Below, piece after piece: positions 25,484 to 38,775 of a stretch of 64,000 nt of DNA. Location: the NCBI GenBank assembly GCA_002269645.1, contig NIVC01000788.1, positions 124,001-188,000 of the forward strand, written 5' to 3'. Positions within the stretch are counted from its first letter, which is position 1, and each line of letters begins with the position of its first letter. The DNA is from Macrostomum lignano (lineage: Eukaryota). Made by a program: the position numbers and the translations under genes. The notes beneath the pieces were generated by a model, which had not been told where the DNA came from, ran no database searches, and worked only from the letters and a program-made list of their open reading frames with translations.

Positions 25484-25845
25484 TGTAATAGTAGAAGTCG
25501 GTCACTGGCGCAACCGCCACGGCAGTGGAGAAGTAAGAGTTGTTCGCATTCGACTCGTGGCCCATCATGTGCAGAGCCATGAAGCCACCGTAGGACCAGC
25601 CGAACACAGCGATGCAGGACTTGTTCACGTACTGCAGCTCGCGGAGGCTGGCCAGCGAGTCCATCTGATCTTCCAGCTCAACGTTGGCGAAGTTATTCTT
25701 GATGGAGAACAGAAAGTCGGAGCCGCGGTTACCGGTGCCCCGGCCGTCAATGCTGGCCGACATGATGTACAAGCTGCTGGCCAGGTAGTGCTGCCAGCCA
25801 AACTCGAACTTTCGAGTCACCATCTGAGAGAATGGGCCACCGTAC
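25484..25845 (-). CDS. DPP exon carrying the nucleophile motif GWSYGG
   Basis: YGGPFSQMV..IDGRGTGNRG..QMD..IAVFGWSYGGFMAL..AVAPVTDFYYY. Confidence 0.95.
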
Positions 25846-25889
25846 CTGCGGACGGAGGAGAATTACCAGCTGCAGTGGATGGCTCAGGA

Positions 25890-26828
25890 GCTTCGAAAAG
25901 GTCCAGTGGCTAATTGCCCCATACCTTCGAGGAAGTCCAGTAGATAATTGCCCCATACCTTCGAGGAAGTCCAGTAGATAACTGCCCCATACCTTCGAGG
26001 AAGTCCAGTAGATAATTGCCCCATACCTTCGAGGAAGTCCAGTAGCTAATTGCCCCATACCTTCGAAGAGGTCCAGTAGCTAATTGCCCCATACCTTCGA
26101 AGAGGTCCAGTAGCTAATTGCCCCATACCTTCGAAGAGGTCCAGTAGCTAATTGCCCCTATACCTTCGAGGAAGTCTAGTAGCTAATTGCCCCATACCTT
26201 CGAAGAGGTCCAGTAGCTAATTGCCCCATACCTTCGAAAAGGTCCAGTAGCTAATTGCCCCATACCTTCGAGGAAGTCCAGTAGCTAATTGCCCCATACC
26301 TTCGAAGAGGTCCAGTAGCTAATTGCCCCATACCTTCGAAGAGGTCCAGTAGCTAATTGCCCCATACCTTCGAAGAGGTCCAGTAGCTAATTGCCCCTAT
26401 ACCTTCGAGGAAGTCTAGTAGCTAATTGCCCCATACCTTCGAAGAGGTCCAGTAGCTAATTGCCCCATACCTTCGAAAAGGTCCAGTAGCTAATTGCCCC
26501 ATACCTTCGAAGAGGTCCAGTAGCTAATTGCCCCATACCTTCGAAGAGGTCCAGTAGCTAATTGCCCCATACCTTCGAGGAAGTCCAGTAGCTAATTGCC
26601 CCATACCTTCGAAAAGGTCCAGTAGCTAATTGCCCCATACCTTCGAAGAGGTCCAGTAGCTAATTGCCCCATACCTTCGAAGAGGTCCAGTAGCTAATTG
26701 ATCCATACCTTCGAGGAAGTCCAGTAGCTAATTGCCCCATACCTTCGAAGAGGTCCAGTAGCTAATTGCCCCTATACCTTCGAAGAGGTCCAGTAGCTAA
26801 TTGCCCCTATACCTTCGAAGAGGTCCAG
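25890..26828. repeat. 34-bp minisatellite (intronic)
   Basis: (gtccagtagctaattgccccataccttcgaagag)n. Confidence 0.95.
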
Positions 26829-26882
26829 CAGCTCGTTCCTAATAGAAAAAGCTAAAGAAGGCACATCCAATTGTACACTTAC

Positions 26883-27099
26883 ACCTTGAGCACCAGCGGG
26901 TACTGGCTGATGTGCGACTCATTCAGCTGATACGGCAGCACAAGCTTGGCGTTCACCTCCAACGGGTCGGCCCGCGACATCTTCGTGGTCTTTTCGCGCA
27001 GTTTAATTTTCCTAAACACAATGCGAGGCATATTTTTGCCAACAAGGCCCGCCTTGAACTCGTCGTTTGTCTCGACCGACATGACTGCTTTGTAGCCGC
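26883..27099 (-). CDS. DPP exon GYKAVMSVETND..MP..KLVLP..YPLVLKV
   Basis: Matches the region preceding YGGP in S9B enzymes; gtaagt donor, phase 2. Confidence 0.88.
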
Positions 27100-27334
27100 C
27101 TGATAGTTGAGGTGTTGAGGGAAAAAAGCCTTCAGTTACCATGTTGCTACTGGGATTCTGTCACTTCAAAGAGAAGAAGATCACAGAGAGTTCGATGATA
27201 TTCTCTGGGCTTTTGGTACAAAGCTAATGTCTGACCGCTTTTGTGACTTTACCTTCAACAGCATGGTAGTTAACGGCATCGTTAACCATGTCATATTCAC
27301 CTCGTGCACTCTGCCGTGAAAGATCCTTTATCCC

Positions 27335-28128
27335 CAGTGTTACATCTGCTCTCTCTAGTGTTACATCTGCTCTCTCTAGTGTTACATCTGCTCTCTCTCT
27401 AGTGTTACATCTGCTCTCTCTAGTGTTACATCTGCTCTCTCTCTCTAGTGTTACATCTGCTCTCTCTAGTGTTACATCTGCTCTCTCTAGTGTTACATCT
27501 GCTCTCTCTAGTGTTACATCTGCTCTCTCTAGTGTTACATCTGCTCTCTCTAGTGTTACATCTGCTCTCTCTAGTGTTACATCTGCTCTCTCTAGTGTTA
27601 CATCTGCATGCTCTCTCTAGTGTTACATCTGCTCTCTCTAGTGTTACATCTGCTCTCTCTAGTGTTACATCTGCTCTCTCTAGTGTTACATCTGCTCTCT
27701 CTAGTGTTACATCTGCTCTCTCTAGTGTTACATCTGCTCTCTCTAGTGTTACATCTGCTCTCTCTAGTGTTACATCTGCTCTCTCTAGTGTTACATCTGC
27801 TCTCTCTAGTGTTACATCTGCTCTCTCTAGTGTTACATCTGCTCTCTCTAGTGTTACATCTGCTCTCTCTAGTGTTACATCTGCTCTCTCTAGTGTTACA
27901 TCTGCTCTCTCTAGTGTTACATCTGCTCTCTCTAGTGTTACATCTGCTCTCTCTAGTGTTACATCTGCTCTCTCTAGTGTTACATCTGCTCTCTCTAGTG
28001 TTACATCTGCTCTCTCTAGTGTTACATCTGCTCTCTCTAGTGTTACATCTGCTCTCTCTAGTGTTACATCTGCTCTCTCTAGTGTTACATCTGCTCTCTC
28101 TAGTGTTACATCTGCTCTCTCTAGTGTG
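27335..28128. repeat. 21-bp minisatellite (intronic)
   Basis: (ctctctagtgttacatctgct)n. Confidence 0.97.
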
Positions 28129-28304
28129 TTACTTATCTTAACTCATCTCATCTAATATCTCATATCTTATCTTATTTCAGCCGAGATAAGATGTAACAAA
28201 TGGCCTCTCATCAAATACTTTCAAACCTAGCCCATTCTATACACCTCATCTTCTTTGCCTACATGCAAAATCGATGTGCCATCAAGTAAGGCTAAGCTGC
28301 TTAC

Positions 28305-28468
28305 CTGGGTAAGAGTTTTTGAAAACGGCATAGGTATATGGGTCCGGCCCGAGGCACTCCAGCAGAAAGTAGGCGCTTGAGATGCTGTAGGAGGCCCTGT
28401 TGTACAGGCAGTTCTTCAGCGGGCAGGTGATGCAGTAGGCAGGTGAGCTGCCCTCCACTGCCGCTATC
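28305..28468 (-). CDS. DPP exon IAAVEGSSPAYCITCPLKNCLYNRASYS..YFLLECLGP
   Basis: CxTC..C..AS.S..Y.L.C.GP motif; gtaagc donor. Confidence 0.9.
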
Positions 28469-28779
28469 CTGCAAAGGTGAATCAACCAAAGAAACGATGT
28501 TATAGTTTATTAAAAGAGAACAGTTCCTTCATTCAAAGCATTGTATTGACTGGCAGGTTGGAGAGAGCTGAAAATTCGGGATAATCAATATTAACTTTTA
28601 CTAACTGCAGCTCTGCAACTATTTATCGATGAGCTATTTTCAGCGCTAAGAAAGTTCTTAACCTTATCTATTCCACTTGGGCCATAGACAACAAAAACTT
28701 ATTTATTTAGAGTTTTATTGCGCCAAAGGCAAATGAATTTTGTCATTTGTCGCCGCACTTGCGCATTCGCATCGCGAAT

Positions 28780-30890
28780 CTCCTTCTCCGGAACTTCTTC
28801 AATGCCTTCCTTTAACCTCGATAAGTGGCGCTCACACGAAGAGCTGTTTGCAGCTCTAGATTCCATTAGCTTTCCGAGCATGGTCTGCAATAAGCCAAAT
28901 CTCCTGCAGCACCAAAGGCAGGCCCTCCAGAGCCTCGCAACAACCGCAGTATTGTCATCAAACCTGCCGATAAGGGCAGCAATATGGTCATCTTGGACCG
29001 AGCAGACTACATAAAGGAAGCTAACAGTCAATTTTCTAACACTCTAAAAGATAAGAAAACAATCACAGGCCACCAGTACTCTCAGTTGATTCCACCAGCG
29101 GACCCGAGGGATAGGATTTTCTATCTACTCCCTAAGATCCACAAGGATCCGGAGTCCTGACCGATTCCCAGGCTCCTTCCCGGGAGACCGATTGTATCTG
29201 ACTGCAATTCGGAGAGCTATATGAGCGCTAAATTCATCGACCTGTTTCTGCAACCGATCGCAAAGAAGCAAGACTCCTTCATCCGCGACACTGATCATTT
29301 TCAAGCTGTCACCAATGATTTGACGTTCGACAAAGAGGAGAATGTTTTCTTAGTGACAATGGATGTCGAATCCTTGTACACTAATATCCCAACTGACAAA
29401 GGGATAAATGCCGTGAGTGATGCCTTCCAAAAATTTCCTCAACTTTCAAGGCCGGACCAACATCTGTTGGCCCTCCTGGACATCAACCTGAACCAAAATG
29501 ACTTTTTTTCGACAACAAGCGGTACCTGCAGATCAAGGGCACCAGCATGGGGAAATCTTTTGCACCGTCATATGCCAATAATTCCATGTCGGACTGGGAA
29601 TCCAAAGCCCTGCGAACCGCACCTTTTGCTCCGTGTCTGTACAAACGGTACATCGACGACATCTTTATGGTCTTCGTTGGCACAGAGTCCCAGCTGACAG
29701 AGCTGCACAGACACCTGGATGGTTCCGACAGCAACATTCGTCTCACGATGCAGTACAGCCGTGAGAAAATTAATTTCCTGGACTGCTGCGTCTCTATGAC
29801 TGAGGAGGGTGACAGGAAGAGGCTGACCTGCTCCATCTATTTCAAGCCAACGGACTCTCGACAAATGCTGAACCCAAATTCTTTTCATCCAAGCACACAT
29901 TCAGGGGTATCCTAAAATCCCAGTTTCTTCGCTACGCACGTCGCTGCACTTTCAAAGAAGACTTTGACCAGGCCAGCAGCAGTTTGATGGGCATTCTGAA
30001 GCAACAAGGACATTCGGTTCGGTCCATTCGGGATGCAAAGAAATCGGCTCTCATACAGCTGGGATTCTACACTGACTGCCAGTGGGAATTCGGCTTCCAA
30101 AACTGCGGCAACCCGACCTGCCATTCGTGCTGTGAGCATGGCTATTTTGCTCAAGTTTGCCCGGGCTCCAAAGCCACTAAAATGGTCTTTAGAATCTGCC
30201 CAAAAATCCGATGTGACTCGAGAAGCGCGGTCTATGCTATTCTGTGCAAAGCATGCAACTACCGTTGGGTCTATATCGGCGAGACTGGTGGTGCTCTAAA
30301 AGTCAGACTGTTGGCCCACCTGAGTGACATTAGACTTAACACAGATACCCCAGTTTCGAGACATTTCTGCTCAGTAGGTCACAGTCTTCAGGACTTCCGT
30401 GGCATGGGACTGTGGAACCTCAGTCCTGATTGTGAGACCACTACACAAGGAGCTCAGCGAAGGCGCCGGGACATGGAGCAGAAGCTCATCTCTCTGCTGG
30501 GCATTCTAACCCCGACAGGCCTGAACACGGTTGACACTACCAAAAATGCTTGCATTCCCATTGTGATGCTAACACAAGATCACGCTCTCTAAAGGACATT
30601 CTCTGTCCCTCCAAACTACCTACCCTAACCAATAGCACGCCGTAACTCCTTTCCAGATGATTGAAGTGTACATGCGCTCAACGTGCCGACCTTTTACTCA
30701 TCACTGACGCCTCTCTTATAAACTAATGAATACTTGATCCACCCGTTTTTATTACCAATAATTTGATTTCACTTTGCTCGTTTATCAAAAAAATATATTT
30801 GACCCAGAAGAAGGCCACGTTCTGGCCGAAATATTGATCATTTTCTAGTTTAAGTGTGAAGTAGCTTCCACTGTGTGTGTCGTTTGCTTT
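28780..30890 (+). mobile_element. Penelope-like element (RT plus C-terminal GIY-YIG, Neptune-like), 5'-truncated and frameshifted, antisense in a DPP intron
   Basis: IVIKPADKG, FYLLPKIHK, GRPIVS, MDVESLYTNIP, GTSMG..FAPSYAN, YIDDIF (29649-29666), FLD, CGNPTCHSC, VYAILC..VYIGET (~30230-30286), GLNT. Confidence 0.93.
30800..30840 (+). ncRNA. Minimal type-I hammerhead ribozyme motif in the PLE 3' terminal region (core variant)
   Basis: tgacc-CAGAAGA-a-ggcc(acgttct)ggcc-GAAA-tat-t-gatca: stem II perfect, stem I 4/5 paired, palindromic ATAT in place of stem III; U4 appears mutated to A. Confidence 0.7.
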
Positions 30891-30907
30891 ACGTCTATCT
30901 ATCTTTC

Positions 30908-31856
<949 letters not shown>

Positions 31857-32202
31857 TATCAGTCAGTCTATATCTATCTATCTATCTAGGCTTTTAGACT
31901 ATTACGCATTAAAAATTCTTTAATATCCGGCAGCCGTCATCTTTGCGAAGGTATTATAAACTACAGCCATAAAAACTGCACTAGATATGGAACCAGCCTA
32001 AGCTCTTGCTAGACACCAAAGTCCCATTGTGTTGCCAACCTAGAAAGCCCATAATCTGCCTCGCGGATGTGACAGCCGCGCATAAATATTTGGAAAAGCA
32101 AAAACTGCAGACAGACGTGACTTTTGATTGGAATTTCTTTTTTTTACCCAATGTTTTGCTTTTCTTGCTGCAAATTCTTTGCCTCGCGACATGCGATTGT
32201 TG

Positions 32203-32305
32203 TCAGTCAGTCAGTCAGTGAGTCAGTCAGTCAGTCAGTCAGTCAGTCAGTCAGTCAGTCAGTGAGTCAGTCAGTCAGTCAGTCAGTCAGTCAGTCAGTC
32301 AGTCA

Positions 32306-32356
<51 letters not shown>

Positions 32357-33320
32357 AGTCAGTCAGTCAGTCAGTCAGTCAGTGAGTCAGTCAGTCAGTC
32401 AGTCAGTCAGTCAGTCAGTCAGTCAGTGAGTCAGTCAGTCAGTCAGTCAGTCAGTCAGTCAGTCAGTCAGTCAGTCAGTCAGTCAGTCAGTCAGTCAGTC
32501 AGTCAGTCAGTCAGTCAGTCAGTCAGTCAGTCAGTCAGTCAGTCAGTCAGTCAGTCAGTCAGTCAGTCAGTCAGTCAGTCAGTCAGTCAGTCAGTCAGTC
32601 AGTCAGTCAGTCAGTCAGTCAGTCAGTCAGTCAGTCAGTCAGTCAGTCAGTCAGTCAGTCAGTCAGTCAGTCAGTCAGTCAGTCAGTCAGTCAGTCAGTC
32701 AGTCAGTCAGTCAGTCAGTCAGTCAGTCAGTCAGTCAGTCAGTCAGTCAGTCAGTCAGTCAGTCAGTCAGTCAGTCAGTCAGTCAGTCAGTCAGTCAGTC
32801 AGTCAGTCAGTCAGTCAGTCAGTCAGTCAGTCAGTCAGTCAGTCAGTCAGTCAGTCAGTCAGTCAGTCAGTCAGTCAGTCAGTCAGTCAGTCAGTCAGTC
32901 AGTCAGTCAGTCAGTCAGTCAGTCAGTCAGTCAGTCAGTCAGTCAGTCAGTCAGTCAGTCAGTCAGTCAGTCAGTCAGTCAGTCAGTCAGTCAGTCAGTC
33001 AGTCAGTCAGTCAGTCAGTCAGTCAGTCAGTCAGTCAGTCAGTCAGTCAGTCAGTCAGTCAGTCAGTCAGTCAGTCAGTCAGTCAGTCAGTCAGTCAGTC
33101 AGTCAGTCAGTCAGTCAGTCAGTCAGTCAGTCAGTCAGTCAGTCAGTCAGTCAGTCAGTCAGTCAGTCAGTCAGTCAGTCAGTCAGTCAGTCAGTCAGTC
33201 AGTCAGTCAGTCAGTCAGTCAGTCAGTCAGTCAGTCAGTCAGTCAGTCAGTCAGTCAGTCAGTCAGTCAGTCAGTCAGTCAGTCAGTCAGTCAGTCAGTC
33301 AGTCAGTCAGTCAGTCAGTC
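32203..33320. repeat. (CAGT)n microsatellite
   Basis: ~1.1 kb, nearly perfect. Confidence 0.98.
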
Positions 33321-33324
33321 CCAC

Positions 33325-33479
33325 CTGTGCAAGTGCATCATGGTGGCATCCTGCACGTCATCAGTGGCGCCACGGCAGGACAGGAAGTGCAGATGCTGGG
33401 CGGCGGCATCGTGGTGCAGAATGTCGGCCACATCGTAGCTGGCCGGGCTGACCCAGCTGACCTGGTTGCTGCCGCCGAG
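33325..33479 (-). CDS. DPP exon LGGSNQVSWVSPASYDVADILHHD..HFLS..HLHR
   Basis: Equivalent to the W/Y.V..IL..D....YF..HLY propeller segment; GT-AG sites. Confidence 0.85.
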
Positions 33480-34029
33480 CTGCGGGCAGGGCGGGAGCAG
33501 AAAAATTGCAGGCATCCAGGGAACTGAGAAAGTGCCAAAGGCCGCCTCCCCCCCACTTCCCCAGGGGCGGTGCCGTCGAGTCCCGAACGGAAGCCGCTGG
33601 TTTTCCGTTCCGTGTTTCAGCGAGCCCGAGGAGCCCATGGGAATTTCCAGTTTGAAGCAGCCCAAGGAGCAGCGGGTGGGGAGGCAAAACTGAAAAGCCA
33701 AGCGCCGTGATTTTGGAACGCAGGAGGACCTGCGCAAAAGTGGAAAAGCACTACAAAGTGCGCAGTGGATTCTTGGCCACGTGTTTTCCAGCGGCTGGTA
33801 CACGGCCCGCTTCGAGTGCAAATCAGTTGTTACAGCTTAGAAAGGCTACCGTGGATATTCGGGAATGCTTTGCCGGTATAGTATTGGCTACCTGATTTTT
33901 TCGAACTTCAGGCTCAATGACTGCCGTTTAGATCAGGTACCGTTTTTTAACTTGGGCAATTGCTTCAAGGGCGACATTTTAATTTCTGCATCTGTCTGGC
34001 GGAATTCAGTGATTAAATTTGTGCCCTCC

Positions 34030-35115
34030 CCAATTTGGCGAATTTCCTAACTTGGCGCCCCTCCTCAAGTTGGCGCCTCCTCAAGTTGGCACCCCTCCTC
34101 AAAGTGGCGCCACTCGCAATTTGGCGCCATCCCCAATTTGGCGCCATCCCCAATTTGGCGCCATCCCCAATTTGGCGCCATCCCCGATTTGGCGCCATCC
34201 CAAATTTGGCACCATTACCAATTTGTCGCCGTTCTCAATTTGGCGCCATCCTTAATTTGGCGCTATCCCCAATTTGGCGCCATCCCCAATTTGGTGCCAT
34301 CCCCAATTTGGTGCCATCCCCGATTTGGTGCCATCCCCAATTTGGTGCCATCCCCGATTTGGCGCAATCCCCAATTTGGCGCCATCCCAAATTTGGCGCC
34401 ATCCCCAATTTGGCGCCATCCCCGATTTGGCGCCATCCCAAATTTGGCACCATTACCAATTTGTCGCCGTTCTCAATTTGGCGGTATCCCCAATTTGGCG
34501 CCATCCCCAATTTGGCGCCATCCCCAATTTGGTGCCATCCCCAATTTGGTGCCAGCCCCGATTTGGCGCCATCCCCAATTTGGCGCCATCCTTAATTTGG
34601 CACCATCCCCAATTTGGCGCCATCCCCGATTTGGCGCCATCCCCGATTTGGCGCCATCCCCAATTTGGCGCCATCCCCGATTTGGCGCCATCCCAAATTT
34701 GGCACCATTACCAATTTGTCGCCGTTCTCAATTTGGCGGTATCCCCAATTTGGTGCCATCCCAGATTTGGCGCCATCCCAAATTTGGCGCCATCCCAAAT
34801 TTGGCGCCATCCCCAATTTGGCGCCATCCCCGATTTGACGCCATCCCCGATTTGGCGCCATCCCCAATTTGGCGCCATCCCCGATTTGGCGCCATCCCCA
34901 ATTTGGCGCCATCCCCGATTTGGCGCCATCCCCGATTTGGCGCCATCCCCGATTTGGCGCCATCCCCGATTTGGCGCCATCCCCGATTTGGCGCCATCCC
35001 CGATTTGGCGCCATCCCCAATTTGGCGCCATCCCCGATTTGGCGCCATCCCCAATTTGGCACCATTACCAATTTGTCGCCGTTCTCAATTTGGCGCCATC
35101 CTCAGTTTGGCGCCT
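34030..35115. repeat. 17-bp minisatellite (intronic)
   Basis: (tttggcgccatccccaa)n with recurring higher-order variants. Confidence 0.97.
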
Positions 35116-35177
35116 TTCCCAGAGGCCCTTCATTGTTCATTAAAAAAGCCAACAGCTCCGAGCGCTGGGCAACTCAC

Positions 35178-35315
35178 TCTGAGCGCGGCAATTCTCCGAT
35201 AGCCAGAATTGTGCAGCACGATGAACAGCCGCTCGGAGGCCGGGTCCATCAGCGGCTCCGAGGCCTTCTGCTTGTTGAAGTCCATCCAGCCGTTGCGCTG
35301 AATGTGCCGAAAAAA
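35178..35315 (-). CDS. DPP exon FFRHIQRNGWMD..YRRIAALR
   Basis: GW motif; ggcag acceptor, gtgagt donor, phase 0/0. Confidence 0.85.
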
Positions 35316-35444
35316 CTGCCAAGATGGAGGGGAAGTTGCGAAACTTTTAAAGGCCGATTCTACGTTAATGCGAGATTTACGTTTATTTAGTATGGATTTA
35401 CAAGGCATTCGGGACTGAAAATTTCATCATGCAGCTTCGATCAG

Positions 35445-35690
35445 CTTGTTTATCCTGTCAGTCACATTGTTTATCCTGTCAGTCAGCTTGTTTATCCTGT
35501 CAGTCAGCTTGTTTATCCTGTCAGTTAGCTTGTTTATCCTGTCAGTCAGCTTGTTTATCCTGTCAGTCAGCTTGTTTATCCTGTCAGTTATCTTGTTTAT
35601 CCTGTCAGTCAGCTTGTTTATCCTGTCAGTCAGCTTGTTTATCCTGTCAGTCACATTGTTTATCCTGTCAGTTATCTTGTTAATCCTCAG
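35445..35690. repeat. 21-bp minisatellite
   Basis: (tgtttatcctgtcagtcagct)n. Confidence 0.93.
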
Positions 35691-36184
35691 TCACCTTTTG
35701 TTTTCATGAAATCGGTAAATTTTTTTTATAAAACAGTGGGTTCATAGCTTGCAAATATTGTTTATACCAATAACTCTTTGGTCTGCCAGTCATCCGCCCT
35801 GTTTTGCCCAGTGCCAGGCCGCCTGCTCCAGTTTCAAAGCTTCTCACTCGCTGCAAGAGACTCAAAAACACACACGGAAGTCTTTGCCTGATTTCTTGTC
35901 ATCCGATTCCCCAGAGACGGTCTGTGCGGTTAGAAGGGTACGGATCGATTCCAGCTCGGCTTTCGAACGCCTTTTGGATTAATTTCCTGTCCAGGGGTAT
36001 TTAAATTCCTATTTGCGGAAGGATTATCTGAGGATTAAAAGCTGGGACTGGGTTTGATTTTTTGTTTCTCTTCCGTCTCAATACTTTTATTCCCGCCGTT
36101 TGGATTCCTCCTTAACCTTAGATTTTATATCCCTTTCGAAAACGGTAATTAGTATAGAAACTCTCTCAGGTATGAAAATCTCGT

Positions 36185-37075
36185 TTAAATGGGAATTCCC
36201 TCCGATTCCGATCTCTCAGTTCGATGGGAATTCCCTCTGATTGGGACCGCTAAGTTAGATGGGAATTCCCTCCGATTGGGATATCTAAGTTAGATGGGAA
36301 TTCCCTCCGATTGGGATATCTAAGTTAGATGGGAATTCCCTCCGATTGGGATATCTAAGTTAGATGGGAATTCCCTCCGATTGGGATATCTAAGTTAGAT
36401 GGGAATTCCCTCTGATTGGGACCGCTAAGTTAGATGGGAATTTCCTCTGATTGGGACCTCTAAGTTAGATGGGAATTCCCTCAGATTGGGACCTCTAAGT
36501 TAGATGGGAATTCCCTCCAATTGGAACCGCTAAGTTAGATGGGAATTCCCTCCGATTGAAACCGCTAAGTTAGATGGGAATTCCCTCCGATTGGGACCTC
36601 TAAGTTAGATGGGAATTCCCTCCGATTGGAACCTTTCATTTCGATGGGAATTCCCTCCGATTGGAACCTCTCATTTCGATGGGAATTCCCTCCGATTAGG
36701 ACCTCTAAGTTAGATGGGAATTCCCTCAGATTGGAGTCTCTCATTTCGATGGGAATTCCCTCAGATAGGAATCTCTCATTTCGATGGGAATTCCCTCAGA
36801 TTGGAGTCTCTCATTTCGATGGGAATTCCCTCAGATAGGAATCTCTCATTTCGATGGGAATTCCCTCAGATTGGAATCTCTCATTTCGATGGGAATTCCC
36901 TCAGATTGGAGTCTCTCATTTCGATGGGAATTCCCTCAGATAGGAATCTCTCATTTCGATGGGAATTCCCTCAGATTGGAGTCTCTCATTTCGATGGGAA
37001 TTCCCTCAGATAGGAATCTCTCATTTCGATGGGAATTCCCTCAGATAGGAATCTCTCATTTCGATGGGAATTCTC
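36185..37075. repeat. 35-bp minisatellite, two sub-types, each unit containing the palindrome GGGAATTCCC
   Basis: (gatgggaattccctcagattggaatctctcatttc)n and taagtta-type units. Confidence 0.96.
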
Positions 37076-37156
37076 TTTTCTCGGGGAATCTTCAACTAAA
37101 TAAGAGTTCAGCAGCCGCAAAGGTTGTGAATTGGTTCAAGTCCACCGCAGGCTCAC

Positions 37157-37551
37157 CAATCGGCAGGTTGCGGTAGCAGAGGCGGTGCCCAGATCGCAGA
37201 CTCCCAGAAAGCCCCTGTCCTGGTTGCGGTTCACCCAGCCAACGATGAGGTGCGTTGAGTTGAACCAGCGCACCAGGGTCACGTAGTGCTCTTGTGGCAC
37301 CGCCATCGGCTTCGACAGCTCGATTGTCCGCCGGCTGGCGATGTCGTAAACTCGCAGCGACACTTCCGTCAGCGGCGTTCTGGATCCGGCCTTCGGGTAG
37401 GGCACGCCGCGCTGCTGGATGTACATGTTGGTGGGGCTGCCGTACCAGGGCATGCGGTAGGCCTGCACGGCCGAGTCGTTGAACACCAAGTAGGCGATGC
37501 GCTCGTCGCCGGGGGACACCCAGAACGCGTCGCTGCTTTCCAGGATCTCCT
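37157..37551 (-). CDS. DPP exon (E)EILESSDAFWVSP..IAYLVFND..YPKAG..W.NR.Q
   Basis: Hallmark EE, WxSP, YPKAG and NRxQ motifs of the DPP4 family. Confidence 0.95.
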
Positions 37552-37582
37552 CTGCGTTCATTGAGGCAATGAGTGCGCGGTT

Positions 37583-37848
37583 TAGATTAGATCTGATTAG
37601 ATCAGATAAGATTAGATAGATTAGATTAAATTAGATTAGACTGTATTAGATCAGCTCAGATTAGATTAGATCAGATAAGATCAGATTAGATCAGATTAGA
37701 TTAGATTAGATTCGATCAGATTATATTAGATCAGATTAGATCAGATCAGCTCAGATTAGATCAGATTATATTAGATCAGATTAGATTAGATAAGATCAGA
37801 TTAGATTAGATAAGACCAGATTAGATCAGATTAGATTAGATTAGATCA
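37583..37848. repeat. (GATTA/GATCA)n pentamer repeat
   Basis: Direct inspection. Confidence 0.93.
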
Positions 37849-38019
37849 AAGGAAGACTGATAACGTTTTTTAAACAATCACTTATTTTAGTCGCAAAAAC
37901 CTTTAAAAACAATTAATTAGACAAGAGTTGGTACTTCAAATTCTGGCTTTATTTCCTATGAGATTTATCTAGAAGGCTCGAATACTTCCTCAACAAAAAT
38001 TATGAATCAGTGCCTGCAC

Positions 38020-38143
38020 CTTCATAAACCCAGTTGCAAGTGCCAACTGTGATGGCCGGGTCCAGCGGGCTGTTGGTGATCTTGACTGCCGGCTCCTCGA
38101 ACGGCTTTTCTGAGTAGTAAATATTGTTATCGAATACGAACGC
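38020..38143 (-). CDS. DPP exon AFVFDNNIYY..ITVGTCNWVYE
   Basis: FV..NNIYY and G..(D/N)WVYEE motifs. Confidence 0.93.
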
Positions 38144-38182
38144 CTGCGGGTTGGGATTAGAGTTGAGTACAAATTAACGGTA

Positions 38183-38775
38183 GGGACTGGCATCTGAGGG
38201 ACTGGCATCTGAGGGCCTGGCATCTGAGGGACTGGCATCTGAGGGACTGGCATCTGAGGGCCTGGCATCTGAGGGACTGGCATCTGAGGAACTGGCATCT
38301 GAGGGACTGGCATCTGAGGGCCTGGCATCTGAGGGACTGGCATCTGAGGGACTGGCATCTGAGGGACTGGCATCTGAGCTACTGGCATCTGAAGGACTGG
38401 CATCTGAGGGACTGGCATCTTGAGGGACTGGCATCTGAGGGACTGGCATCTGAGGGACTGGCATCTGAGGGACTGGCATCTGAGCTACTGGAATCTGAGG
38501 GCCTAGCATCTGAGGGACTGGCTTCTGAGCTACTGGCATCTGAGGGACTGGCATCTTGAGGGACTGGCACCTGAGGGACTGGCATCTGAGGGACTGGCAC
38601 CTGAGGGACTGGCATCTGAGGGACTGGCATCTTGAGGGACTGGCATCTGAAGGACTGGCATCTGAGGGACTGGCATCTGAAGGACTGGCATCTGAGGGAC
38701 TGGCATCTGAGGGACTGGCATCTGAGGGACTGGCAGCGGAGGGACTGGCAGCGGAGGGACTGAAGGGACTGGCAC
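38183..38775. repeat. 15-bp minisatellite
   Basis: (gggactggcatctga)n. Confidence 0.95.

Noticed and set aside
24168-26828. 30-35-bp repeats as CRISPR arrays
   Set aside because: Units are head-to-tail with no unique spacers, there are no cas genes, and the context is a eukaryotic intron
29158-29160. In-frame TGA in the PLE RT as a selenocysteine codon
   Set aside because: The context KIHKDPES*P suggests a TGG->TGA change at a Trp; the copy also has frameshifts, and its endonuclease is C-terminal rather than the permuted type reported to use Sec
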